Origin: Trichosphaerium sp. ATCC 40318
Taxonomy: Eukaryota; Protista; Tubulinea
DNA length: 64,000 nucleotides
NCBI GenBank assembly: GCA_038496445.1
Contig: JALMLS010000017.1
Location: 1-64,000 of the forward strand
Direction of reading: 5' to 3'
The position numbers and the translations under genes were made by a program. Position 1 is the stretch's first letter. Every line of letters begins with the position of its first letter. The notes below the pieces were generated by a model. That model searched no databases, was not told the origin of the DNA, and saw nothing but the letters and a program-made list of their open reading frames with translations. Below are positions 1 through 11,937 of this stretch, one piece after another.

Positions 1-1478
1 TGACATTGTCGTAACTCATTCCAAATAGCTACTGTAAGCTTCGTAGGCCTAGTTATTGCGCTTGTTTTGTATACTTCTTGGGACTCAGATAAGAAACATG
101 CATTGGGCCTTTATAGCGACGGAGTAGACGTAAGTGTAACGATCAAACGCTAATTGACATGTTGTAGCAATGGAACAGTAAATTTCGTAGTGAATTCGAG
201 AGGTACTTTGAACTCTTATAAAACAATACTCATTGTACCAGCCTACGCAATCCGATAGCGTATGGAGATACAAAAGCTAATTTAACATTACAAAAAACGG
301 TACTACGGTGTATACACCTGTAATACTCACCCCCTTAGACAGATCCACCTACTATACCTCAATACACATATCAGGGTAATTGTTAAACGTTACAATGCAT
401 TATTTTCCTACATTTGCTTAAACACCTCCGAACTGCCTCTAACACGCAAAAGGTGCAATTTTTACGAGTACAGAACCTCTTTGGATAGAATCTTGGAACG
501 AATCTGTCATTTCACTCCCATTTACAATCGAATGTAACAAATCTGTTATTCATCAAACTGTCAGAACACCAATGTATAAAATTAAAGAGCAGGGAGTGTC
601 AAGAGATGGTATGAACACCAAAAAAAAACAGTTTTCAGCGAATTTGGCTTCTCGATTGACTTGTTTTTCTAGCTTGCGTAAAGAAAGGTGGTACGTGGAG
701 AGTAGGAGATATATGTGATATATACCATGTTGCTACTCAAATATGCGTTAAAGTAACGGTAGAAAATGGCGTCCTTAAAGCAGATGATAGGTACTTAATT
801 GTTTTCTTGCCTTTTTGCGTCGTTTTTACTGATTGTGCACAACTAGTTACCCTGTTCCTGGTTATGGTTGTGGGTTATGGTTTATACACGGAGTGAGTCT
901 ATGGCATAATGTGAATTATACTGTCATTCCAGAACCAAAAGATGGGAATATTTCAATACCATTATCAGTTACTATACGTTCATCGCATGATCCTCATTTG
1001 CTCGCTATGTACCTTACACATCACTCTCTCGATTTTGAGTATATAGATTTTGGAAAACGGTACAATTTATACTAAAGCAATACTGTTTTCTAACGTAATT
1101 GTAGGAACACATCAATTGTCTTGTTTGGTATGAAAAAACTGTGTTACAAAAGCAAAAAAAGAATCTATTCTTGACTGACTAATACTTATTTAGCTGTTGT
1201 TGCTACAGGAATAATATGTGTCATAATAATATTGGTACAAAACAAACCCACTATTTTTTAAAAAAAAAAAACACTACAAGCAGCTAAAGTAGTCGCTCAG
1301 CAACCAATCTAATGTTTTTTTCAAAAAGGTAATGTGCTGGAGATTAAAAAAGCAGATTGTAAAGTACAGTGATGTCAATGGTGGTGCACACCATACGACA
1401 AATGTAAACAATAATATTAGTTACACGGATTATGCAAACAAAACACCAATCAAGGGATCTCATTATCCACAATATTGA
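1..1478 (+). CDS. Single-pass membrane protein of unknown function, 5' end probably outside the window (multi-exon)
   Basis: Spliced exons read ...PLWIESWNESVISLPFTIEC...ACVKKGGTWRVGDICDIYHVATQICVKV...YPVPGYGCG...VTIRSSHDPHLLAMYLTHHSLDF, then a hydrophobic segment (VVATGIICVIII..VMCW) and stop TGA at 1476-1478. Introns are GT-AG. Confidence 0.6.
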
Positions 1479-1549
1479 AATGAGAAAATACTAAGAATAA
1501 TAAAAAAATCCCAAATCAAAAAAAAACTAGCTTCTTTCAGTTTTTTTTT

Positions 1550-3820
1550 CTAGTATTGATTCTCAGCCAAGTACTCGGCTAATTCATCTACGACTGTGGC
1601 ACAGTCAGGGCCTTCTATTGTTGCATCGTATGTTCCAACAACAATACAAGTGCTTGCATGCTTCATGTGCAAGCCATGCTTGGTATTCTTTGTATTTTTG
1701 GCTGTAAGTGACTTCTTGTTTATTTGCGTCACAATGTACTATTATAAGATAAGAAAAAAACATAAAATTTCAGAAGACAAAGAGAGTACCTTCTCTGACG
1801 CAAACGAAAATCCACTTTTTTTTATCTCTAGACGCCTTTGTCAGTATAAAGTATCGTCATATATGATCGTACTAAAATTATTCTTAAAGCCATCCAGGAC
1901 AGACGTTATGTCCTGTTCAGTAGGTACCATATCAGCAGTATCCCATACTACAGAAATGAGGAACCACACCAAAAGAGGATTCAGTTGCACAAGTCGTACC
2001 TAACCCATCCAAACCAAAGATTAGTCCGCTAATACAATAGCCAGTATCAGTAAGGTTTTCTTTTGCATAACCTAAAAAACTCATGCGTAAGGATACGGTG
2101 TTAGCGCAGAAAAAACGTGCCTCTCCATTCATCAGAAATATCATCTAAACCAGCTGCAAGCTTTATTTCATTTGGAGGCGCACTAAAACGCTTGTTTCTG
2201 GTACTTGTTCGTCCCGAAGATGGTTGTGATGATCTAAATAAAACACATGTTACAAAAACCACTCGTAGGCATTTCAAAAGCTACTGTGGTACCTAGCAGC
2301 GATTTTATCTCGTGGTGAAATAGCAATAGGTAGCGCTACAGCCTTTCTGCTCTTTACATCAGGTGGTGCTATTACCTTACGGTCTTGTACTGATGGTGGC
2401 ATAACTACCTTGCGATCCTTTACAGATGGTGGTATTACAACCTTTCTATTTGAAAGGGGTGGCGCTACTGCCTTGCGGTCTTTCACCGGTGGTATTACGT
2501 TACGTTGAGATGGTGAAGGTAAAGATTGACCTGATCTCTTAGCGACAGCTGCTTGTAAGTTGGCGCGACTATTAGCACGAGGTTGTATGTTTGCGGCACT
2601 AGTGTTACCGGCACCTCCAAAGCGCGACTGAGCTTCTGCTAGGCTTATAGTTCCTAGGGACTTATTTGTTGATTTGACAAGTTTGACAGTTCCTACATTC
2701 AATGTGTTAGTAGTTTAGGAATTCTGTTTTGATAATACCTTCTGTCAATGGTTCCTGCGGCTCTTTTGGTTTCGCACTTCTCTTAGGTGCTGATTCTCTC
2801 GCTGGTGTTCTACGTTGAGGTGAGGAATTTTGTGGTCGTACTGGGTGCTCTTCAGCATCAGGTGGAGCTCCATCAGGACCTTTAGAACCATCACCAATCT
2901 GGCAAGGCTCCTGTGCAATAAATCTGTTAATACACTACTAGCAGTGACAGTTCTACGTACCAAAAACTCACGCATTGGTTCTGTCGTTACACAGTCTTTC
3001 ATTGAACAAACAAGATTCAACCAATTCTGCAATGCACTATCTTCTGGTTTTTGTGCAAATTTCTTGATATCTGAGAATTTTTTAATCTTAATACCACCTC
3101 CTCGCAACGTATTATCTGTAGCAGCTAATACACGAAGACGTTTGAGATGCGAATCTACTCTAGCGAACTATTACGTAGTCAGGCATAGATATTTCTTTGA
3201 TTTTTTTATAATACATACCTGCTTCCAACGTCGAAAAACAAACCAACTTTGATTAGCTAAAATAAAAATTAAAATCATGTTTCATTTTCAAAAAAATAGC
3301 TGTAACAGTCGTACACTTTGAAACAAGCAGTTTATATAACTCCACCACCTTGTTTGTATTTGCACCGTTCTTCCGTGAGATTGTACCACACATTTCAACT
3401 GAGTACTGACCAAGTATTGGCTGCAATAAATAGAAATAAGTATAAAGAGTCAGAAATGGTAGTTTACGTTTGATGGAATCGTGACGTCTTCTTCTTTAGG
3501 CTTTTCTTTTGTACTGGCCGTACTTTTTTTTTCTGATGGCTTAGAGGTCAATTTTGGCTGCTGTACAGGCTCCTGGTACTGTTATATATTGTTTTTGAAG
3601 CGTAGTACCGTTCTTACGGGCGATGACACAACTTGTACAGGTGCAACGCTTGGGGCTTTAATACTTGTAACTTCTCCATTGCTAAACTTGCGTATCAATC
3701 GCTCTTGTTGTTTTTTAGATAATAAAGCCCATAGCTTTTCAATAACTTCTTCAACCGTTTCAGCAGCTGTTTGTATTAGTACTACACGACCATTTCAGGC
3801 GTACCCTCTAACGATTGCAT
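1550..3820 (-). CDS. PX domain + proline-rich/repeat linker + C-terminal profilin domain fusion protein
   Basis: ATG at 3820. PX-like core: QSWFVFRRWKQFARVDSHLKRL...LQNWLNLVC...MREFLEPCQIGD. C-terminus DEWRGYAKENLTDTGYCISGLIFGLDGLVWD...SGFSFASEKYIV...GLHMKHASTCIVVGTYDATIEGPDCATVVDELAEYLAENQY* matches the profilin pattern along its whole length. Frame is continuous from the PX core to the stop codon. Confidence 0.8.
2325..2500 (-). repeat. Coding tandem repeat of 11-12 aa (about five copies of R-K-x-V-x-P-P)
   Basis: VIPPVKDRKAVAPPLSNRKVVIPPSVKDRKVVMPPSVQDRKVIAPPDVKSRKAVALP in ORF 2274..2702. Confidence 0.8.
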
Positions 3821-3984
3821 AAATAACTCTTCGTGTAACAGTTAGCAACTTGCTAACGCGTTTATGATATTGTAGAGCTGCTCACACCTAAGGGTGCTGT
3901 CAAATACGTTAACAAAGTCAAATATAGTCTCAAACAGCCACAACCATTAAAACACAACTGCCAAATCCCTCACAAGTACCCACG

Positions 3985-6127
3985 ATGGCAGAAGACAGAA
4001 TGGACATTGATGATGACGCTGACTTGAACCTAAGCGTACAGGCACGTTCAAATAAACATTACACGTACTGGTTAATAATAAACATGCTAGCTGCGGCCTA
4101 TTTCAGAGGAGTTTATGTGTCCAATTTGTTATTGTTCCCTAAGCGAATGTATGATGACTGCATGTGGCCACAACTTCTGCAAGGCCTGTATTTTCGAATG
4201 TCTGAATAGAAAGCATAATTGTCCAGTTTGTAGCACTAAATCAACAAAAGAAACCCTAGTAAGAAACCACCAGGTAGATCGCGTTATTGGTAAGTGTAGT
4301 TATTTTGGTTCTTATTTTGTTGAATTTCACTTTGGGCGTTTTTAACCGAACGAAACACTGCAGCCGCGCCTAGAACCGCGATAAAATGCGTATACACATG
4401 GACTAAACGCTTTTTAGGGATTATTAAAGTGGAAAAAGAAAAAGCGAGCAAAATGTACTTTGAAAGCCTCATAAACGGCGGTGGCCCGTCATTGACAGCA
4501 TCGAATAATACAATACATCGACCGGCAAAGGAACTGTCGCCCATTGAGGGATTATTCCATAAACACATGAAAAGAAGCCTGGTGGCGTTTGAAGAGTACT
4601 ACCAGGTACAGAAAGAACGAAATAGTAGACCTATTGATTCATGTCTTCTTCTTCGCTTTAAGTTTTTTTTTTAACATTATTTTATCTTTGCTCTTCCTTT
4701 TAGATTAGCTCTAACCGTTCGTTGTTTTAGAAGCTTGAAAACAAGTTTTCAAAGTCAATTATTGCAACTAAAGAGTCTTACGCACAAGACATGGCAGCAT
4801 CAAGAAGGGAAAGTAAAGTTAATGAACTGAAAGCAGAATGCGAGGGCAAAGTCAACACATTAACGGAGTCTTTTAATATGTCAACAGAACATCTCTTAGA
4901 ATCTTATGACAAGTACGTTATAAATACCGAAAATCACGTTAGTGATAAAAAACAAAAAAAATTTGCCTTGCTAGAAGGAAAGCTTTGGTTTAACGAACCA
5001 AGGCAACTTGCTTCGTTTCTTGGCATTTTTTGTTTTCTTTCTTAATTTTTTTGCACATTCCTCCTTTGTTGTGCGTGTTTCTCCCTTTGCTAATGTTGCT
5101 TTTTGTTCAGTTATATGAAGTCTTTTGCACCTGCTCCTGACTTTTTACCTGTCACAGTTACACTTGTTGTAAAGGCAAAGAATAGAGAGTTTCAAAAAGT
5201 TGTTATAAAACCTACAGATAGTTGTGAGGAGTTAAAGAAGATTTTACTTGAAAAAATGGCAGCTGTAGGTGATCCAATAACAAAACTAACAAAAAACAAT
5301 ATTTTTGTATTACATAAACAAATGCCTGGACAGAGCGAAGCATCAGAGGTAAGAAGATTCTACAAAAGGAAAAAAAAAAAAAATCAAAAAAAAAGTCAAG
5401 ATCTCATTTCTCTATGTAGGTTATGATAGCGGATTCAAACAGGCCGTTACTACAGTACGGACCAGAACCGGGAGATTCATTTATACTGATAGGAAAATTA
5501 AAGACAAAGAGGTACATTAGCAACAGATATTTTTTTTGTTTTTTGGTGCCAATTCTGTCACTGGCTTTTGGCTTGTAGCGCGTGTGGTATCCACTTTTTT
5601 TTTGTTTCATAGCGAAAATTAATGTTTTTTTTAGTGATCAGCCAAAGATGTGCTTTAAAGGTATGTTTGGGTTTTTTTAGTATTTTGAAGTTAACGCTTA
5701 TTATTAGATGTTTTTTCAAAAAATCAAAGCGGTGACATGGTAATGGATTACTTCACATGTCGTGATTGTAAAGTAAATTGTACGTTCAACGTTTGAGGTT
5801 TTTTTTTACTAATACACTTGCTGTATTTTTAACTCACTTGTTTGATACCTAGGGATATGTAAGAACTGCGCTGAATCATGCCATAAAGAGCATAATGTTG
5901 TTGAGTATATCAGTGGTCATAAACCTACATGGGCATGCTGTTATTGCGTACGTTACAATTTACGATTTGGGGTTTTTCTTGAAAATCCTATTTTTATTTT
6001 GTAGTTTTTTTTGTTTGTTTGTTTGTTGTTACCACATGTGAGGTTCCTCCTTTATAAACCCTTACTTATTTTCTTATAGTACAGGAGTAAATGTTGTGGA
6101 CTACGTAAAAAGAAGAAGGGTAAATAG
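3985..6127 (+). CDS. RING-HC E3 ligase-like protein with coiled coil, ubiquitin-like segment and C-terminal UBR-type zinc finger
   Basis: RING: CPICYCSLSECMMTACGHNFCKACIFECLNRKHNCPVC. C-terminal exons give MDYFTCRDCKVNWICKNCAESCHKEHNVVEYISGHKPTWACCYCYRSKCC; stop TAG at 6125-6127. Confidence 0.8.
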
Positions 6128-6220
6128 TTGTAAAAAAAAAAGGAAGAAAGAAACGAGATTTCAACCCCAAGAAATGAAACTCCAATCTTTCGTTTGGATG
6201 ATAATAAAAAGAGATTTGAA

Positions 6221-9213
6221 TTAATTCTTCACTTGTGATTCATCTGTTTGTTCTTTTGTATTATCTTCAGTTTGAGTAGTGGCTTCTCCTTCGGCCTTTG
6301 GTTGATCATCTTTCGATGCTTCAGTTCCATTTTGAGCTTTCTTTGTATCTTCATCACCATTTTCTTGCTCAATAGGTTTTGGCACTGGTTTTTTTCTTTC
6401 AGGATGTTTTACTTTTGTTAGTTTAGGACTTTTTAAAGAAAATTTAAGTCCAGATCTATCATAAGTAGGTGGTGGACTCCACCACCCATAAACAGACCTA
6501 TGAAAGAGTTAATCATACATGAGGTAACTGTTTATGTATCTACTCGTACCCAATTAATGGAATAGTACGCATAACGCCATCAACGTATGTTTCGTACTCT
6601 TCTTGACCTTGAACCTGTTTTTGAGCTTTCTCTGCTTGTTTAATACTTTCTGATAGAATATCACCAATAGTTGCAAGCAGCTATACATCCAAGTAAGTAA
6701 AAAACCAAAGGCACTAAAATAGTTTCATACTGGACTCTTTTTCTCAAGTTCTACAGCTGTATCTCGGATTAAATTAACGTGGTACTCTACTTTTTCTTTT
6801 GTCAAAGGACTTGTATCCTAGTGCAAGAATGAAAGGTTAATAAAACTGATCAATGAAGAAAAAAAAATCCTCAAAATGCGTACAAGTGCTAATGCAATAA
6901 CAACATCTCCACGAAGATCTTTTGTTTGTGTATAGATTTGATGAGATTCAGACAAATGCTTGCATATCGATTCATTAAGAGTATTCACATCTGCTGCAAG
7001 TTTTTTAGGCATAGCCTCATCGCCTGTCATTACAAGTGAAGGTACATATCTAAAATCAAATACCACGTGAGATGATAAAATAGGTGAAAAAAAAAATCAC
7101 GGGAAGAAAAAAGACCAAAAAAAACAAGACGTACCGTACAGCACCAAGTCCAACAAAGTTAGGTAATTGTACGTTGTGTAAGTCCTCTTCATTTTCAACA
7201 AGTTTTTTGAAAACAGGTTGGAGTGTATAAGCGTTTTCAATTAATCCGACTTCTGTACTTAATTTTGAAATATAGCTATCAATTAGTGCTACGGTCATTT
7301 GTGGGATATTACAGCTTGCAAGTGGATGGTATCGAATGCATTGATGACCTTTGAATCTAACTAGTTCAAGATCCAAATCAATAGCTGATGTATGGTTCAT
7401 GTCATGTAGGATTTGTTCGTTTATGGCATCTAAAATGTTCTGAGGGTTCTTTGCAGTGACAGATGATCCTGTAGGTTGATAGCGGAATAACACTTGCATA
7501 GAAAAAGGAGGAGATTCAGTGATAATATGAGGGACATTTTGTAGCTTATTATAAAGATGTGAGACCTACAAAAAAGGAGTTAAGATAGCAATAATGTTGA
7601 AACGGCAAAATGAGGAAAAAAAATGCTTACCAATCGCTTTGATACTTGCATGCACTCACGGAAGTGGCTAAGTCCATTACGTTGTAATACTAACCACAAT
7701 GGTAAAGAAATCAACCCATGATCTATGAGTGTATCGACAGGCATGTTAGAGTTATCAATTGCGTTTTGAACAACTGGTTCTGGTGCTTGAACTTGTTCAT
7801 GTCTATGATTCAAATCTGATCTATAGAACACTGTTGTGATCTCATAAGACGTTGATTGAAAAAACAATGCCGAATTGAAAACAAAACTATTTGCACTTCG
7901 TATTGCAGTTAAAATATCAGGACAATCAGGGCTACTTAGTAAAATAGCGCCTTCGCTAAAAAAAGATTATTAAAATGTAAGAAAAAAAGAAGAAAAATAA
8001 TGTCATGTTTTTGACATTTGACACTTGACACTTACCCTTCAACATGAAGCCATAATTCTTGTCGTTTAGCTATATCACTGTATTTTTTTATGTCATCTGC
8101 GTCACCTCCAATTTCTGAACCGCTACGTGCTACTACAGCAAAAGGTGTATTGTCGCTTTCGTCTCTTAGCTTGGCGAGATCCTAGAAAAAAATTACATGA
8201 CAAAAAACTTCGCAAAACATCTTTTTTTTGATCAACTTCAAAAAAAAACCACTGTACCTCTGTAAGCTCTTCTGGGCTCGAAATAAAACGCAAAGAATTC
8301 AAAGGTAATCCTAAGTTTGTTATTAGAACGTATTTGAACAATGTTTAATTCCACAGCATACCAAGAAGATAAAGAGCGTGATTTAATTCCTGTCCTTTCC
8401 ACGCTAAAAAAAAACCAAGTTAACACATAAAATACACGAAATCTCTGAAACATACTAGTATACACTATAGGTAGCTTCCCCTTAAACGAACGGAATCCTA
8501 AAGTTCCATGGCTTGCGAATTTTGCACCTAACGCCTCGCGTAATGCCGACACACGAGCATCTTGCATAGTTCGTGTGTACATACCTAGGGTTGGGTACAA
8601 TTTAGCATTCACAAAAAAGAGAAGTACTGATAATGTTTTTTTGAAATATTTTCTTACCGCTCATTGCTGGTGGCAGGTTGAGGATAAAGTGGATCCAATT
8701 AATTGTTTGGCCATTTACAATCGAAGCGAACTGGTTTAACTGCGCGCTGCTCATATTTATGCGTAAATAAGCGACAAAAGCCTCTGACAGTGCAATGGCG
8801 TCAGATTGGTCATGGGTGCTACGCGAGGTTATTACAAGCGTGTTTTATAAACGTCAAACAAGATAGCGAACTAAAAAGAAAATGTACCCATCATTTAATA
8901 ACGAGTCTCCTGAGGCGATTTTTGTAATATTTACGAGTCTATCTAGCACTTCCTAGCGTGAGTGTCACGTCAATCAAACAAAACAACGGAAGTGGCTGAT
9001 TCTTTTGTGTGGGCATTACTTACCTTTATATCTACACTCTCTAACGCTGGTTGAGCTTTTAATTGTGATTTGCTGTAATGTTGTTAAAATCACTACCAGT
9101 CGCGATGACACATACCTAGCAACATTTCCCTCACTAAGAATGTGCTTTTTGAAGTAATCAAAATAATTATGTAAACCTCCTACGTCTTGTGTGGGTTCCT
9201 GCTGTTCTGCCAT
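6221..9213 (-). CDS. PDXDC1: PDXDC1-like pyridoxal-dependent decarboxylase domain protein
   Basis: Spliced motifs LWLHVEG, ANSFVFNSALFF, LPLWLVLQRNG, FVGLGAV.Y and DGVMRTIPLIGSVMGWWSPP match PDXDC1 hallmarks (WLHVEG; EGVLRQIPVVGSVLNWFSP). Confidence 0.75.
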
Positions 9214-9485
9214 GATGGTGTGAGGTGTTTGTCAATTTTCACAACAGGCGACGTGTCGCTAACCTCGCTTAGGGTTTGTACAAATAAGTCTTACACCAAA
9301 ACTGTTGATACCTCAAACTGGGAATGTCAGGCGGTATACCACGTAATCTTGCCCTGGGTGGCGCTGTGATTGTAGGTATAGGTAGCGGTACGTATGAACG
9401 TAACAACAAAACGTATTATGTAAACTTACAAAAATAATAGCTATTTACGCGTACATTCCAATGTTCGAACGTGTTAGGTGCGTAA

Positions 9486-9722
9486 ATGAGCGAAATTAAA
9501 ACTAAACAAAACAATAGAAACGAGAGAATAGCAGGTGGTTTTATTATACCGCCTGAACCCAAACAAGAGGATCCAAACGTGGCAGAATCAAACATACCAG
9601 AACAACAGGACTTGACACAATTAACAGCACCCCCGCCATCAACACCACTAAGCAGAGCACAGCGACGAGAACGAGACCTGGCACGATTAAGAGAACGCCG
9701 ACCACCAACAAGAACCTTTTAG
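9486..9722 (+). CDS. Small hypothetical disordered protein (78 aa)
   Basis: ATG-started intronless ORF with biased, protein-like composition. It fills the gap between PDXDC1 and the convergent MVP-like gene. No homology recognised. Confidence 0.4.
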   Translation: MSEIKTKQNNRNERIAGGFIIPPEPKQEDPNVAESNIPEQQDLTQLTAPPPSTPLSRAQRRERDLARLRERRPPTRTF

Positions 9723-9737
9723 TACGCAAAGTGCAAT

Positions 9738-11823
9738 TTATTTCCTTATTAATGGTAATACAAAGAAGAAGAACGATAACAGCATTGCTACGATTGCAAC
9801 AACATATGTGGCAAGGACATCTGGTTGAAACAAGTAAAAACCGGCCTAAAAATTAAGTGTCACGTGTAGGTATTTATAAACAAAAATATCCACGTACACC
9901 TTCCAGTTTTATGAAAGCTGGTATTTTTTTGACCACGTGCGCATCCAAAGGAGGCCAGTATCTGTACAAAGAATAAGTATAAAAAAATTTCACTGAGAAT
10001 GGTTTTTGTTTATATGTCAACATACTCAGTTGGTCCCACAACGAGCCATCCTAGACAGAAGTATAAGCAAGTTTTTGATTGTCACAAAGTCAAAAAATAC
10101 GTACTGGATCCACCTTTACGTGTGACAGCTCTTTTGCCTGATGTATCCTCAAAAGAAGCTAAAGCACGAACTTGTAGCGCTTCGTCCTCTTCACCATGTG
10201 TAAGCATAATATTTAAATAATTGCTTCATCGTACCGCCAAGCAAGTAAGCAGTTCGGATGCCAGCTGGAATACTCTCTCCAGGTTTCAAGAAGAAATTGG
10301 CTTCACCTTTAACAAGTCTGGAGTGGCCAAGTTGTATTTTTCCTGAGAATTAGTGAGTTTTTTTAATAGTTGGATAATATGTACCAGTTTCTGGATCTAC
10401 AGGATTTACGATAATACAGTATTGACGCTTTGTTAAAGATGTAATGGCGATTGTACGAACCAACTAACAGAAGTATTAAAAGGCTGTAAAGGAAAAAAAA
10501 CCAGAAGTGAGTTCTGCTTATGCAGATTTTCTTTGAAACTAACCTGCTCATTAACACCAACAATATGGGTTTCTTTACTTTCGTTTGTAATCAGCCATTC
10601 ATCACCAGGTTGATGCTCTTTAAAAATATCAGTAAGGTACTTATGCCAATCGACATCAAGCTTACCGTTTCCAAATTCATCAACAAATCGGTTGTTTGCT
10701 CTCATGTGTAGAGCAATCTTTTCTGTTAGAACTTGAGCTTTTACTGTCCTTACAACGACTTCATCGACAGCCGGCAGATAAGCACCGGTAGCTTTAAAGA
10801 GCCACTCTTCACCAGCCTTACGTTCGTTACCATCTCGGTCTACGAATTGTTTTCTAGCACGCAAATGGATGGCTACGAATTAGGTTATAAAACAACTTAC
10901 GTAATTCATCTCCCGTACCCTCATTAGGTTGAAGAACCACTGCTTTTATAGTGTGGACTATTCTCACTTCAATTTGTGGAATATACGTTCCAGGACCATA
11001 AAACAACCATTCCTTTCAAAATGTCAATTTTTCACAAAATGACTTTTTTTCAAGTTAAAAAGTTTACTTCTCCTGCTCTTCTTGGTACTGGTGTATCTCC
11101 CTCTGATTGTTGGGTAAATCTGTCATCGAAATCTCTGGTAGCTTGTAGCAGCAGGGCTGTATTTGGAGCCACAACCTTTAACGACTCAATGCGTCCAGCA
11201 ATTTTTTCACCTGAATAAAGCCTTAATACCGTTACAACGTACTAGTAATACATACCTGGGTATAGAGGGAAAGGTGATTGCTCTAAACGCACTTCTTTAT
11301 CACCGTGCCTTAAAGTAGCCTATTTCTTGTTATAAATGGCTCTGGACGCTAAATTTTTGTACCTGGCCGTCTTTATCAACGACTACGTCGCCTTTTTCGT
11401 CTTTCACAACAGGGTCGTTGACAATAACCTAAAAAATGTCACTGAATTGCACACTTTTGCTCTCAACGTTACGTAATGGCGAGGTGGCACAACTATTTCT
11501 TTAACAGGACCATAAACGAGTTTTTCTTCCTCTTTGCATCTAAGAAGTTAATATAAGCGTCTGAAACAATAGTTTGTACACTCAAACCGTTCGAGAAAAA
11601 TATAATTTTACTTGAAAATGAAAACCGGATTGTTTTTCATACCTGAAGGTCTTTGGACCTCTCACTACGCGCACCTATACCTGTTAACACTTGTCTTAAA
11701 AAAAACCGCGGGTGTACGTACTGTATTTGTGTTTCTGTCCAAAACATGGGCGAAATGGTATGGAGGTATCTTGTATAACAAGTTTTGAGGGTAAATGTAC
11801 GAATCTTGGTAGCTCTTGGACAT
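9738..11823 (-). CDS. MVP-like: Truncated major vault protein paralog (repeats R1-R7) with C-terminal transmembrane tail anchor
   Basis: Colinear with the MVP N-terminus: [119 protein letters not shown]. The last exon encodes [35 protein letters not shown] (TAA at 9738-9740). Confidence 0.88.
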
Positions 11824-11937
11824 GTTACTAACTTACAGTATTTTTGGAGTAGATTTGACGTTGCAACTTATCAAGTTTTTTAAGCCATACAAGCATGCAA
11901 TTTTTTAGAAAGCTATTTTATTTATTTCTTTGCTACT

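Noticed and set aside
85-273. Minus-strand 62-aa ORF
   Set aside because: Antisense to the plus-strand multi-exon gene.
9230-9480. Searched for a vault RNA or tRNA near the MVP-like gene
   Set aside because: No Pol III A/B boxes or cloverleaf recognised.
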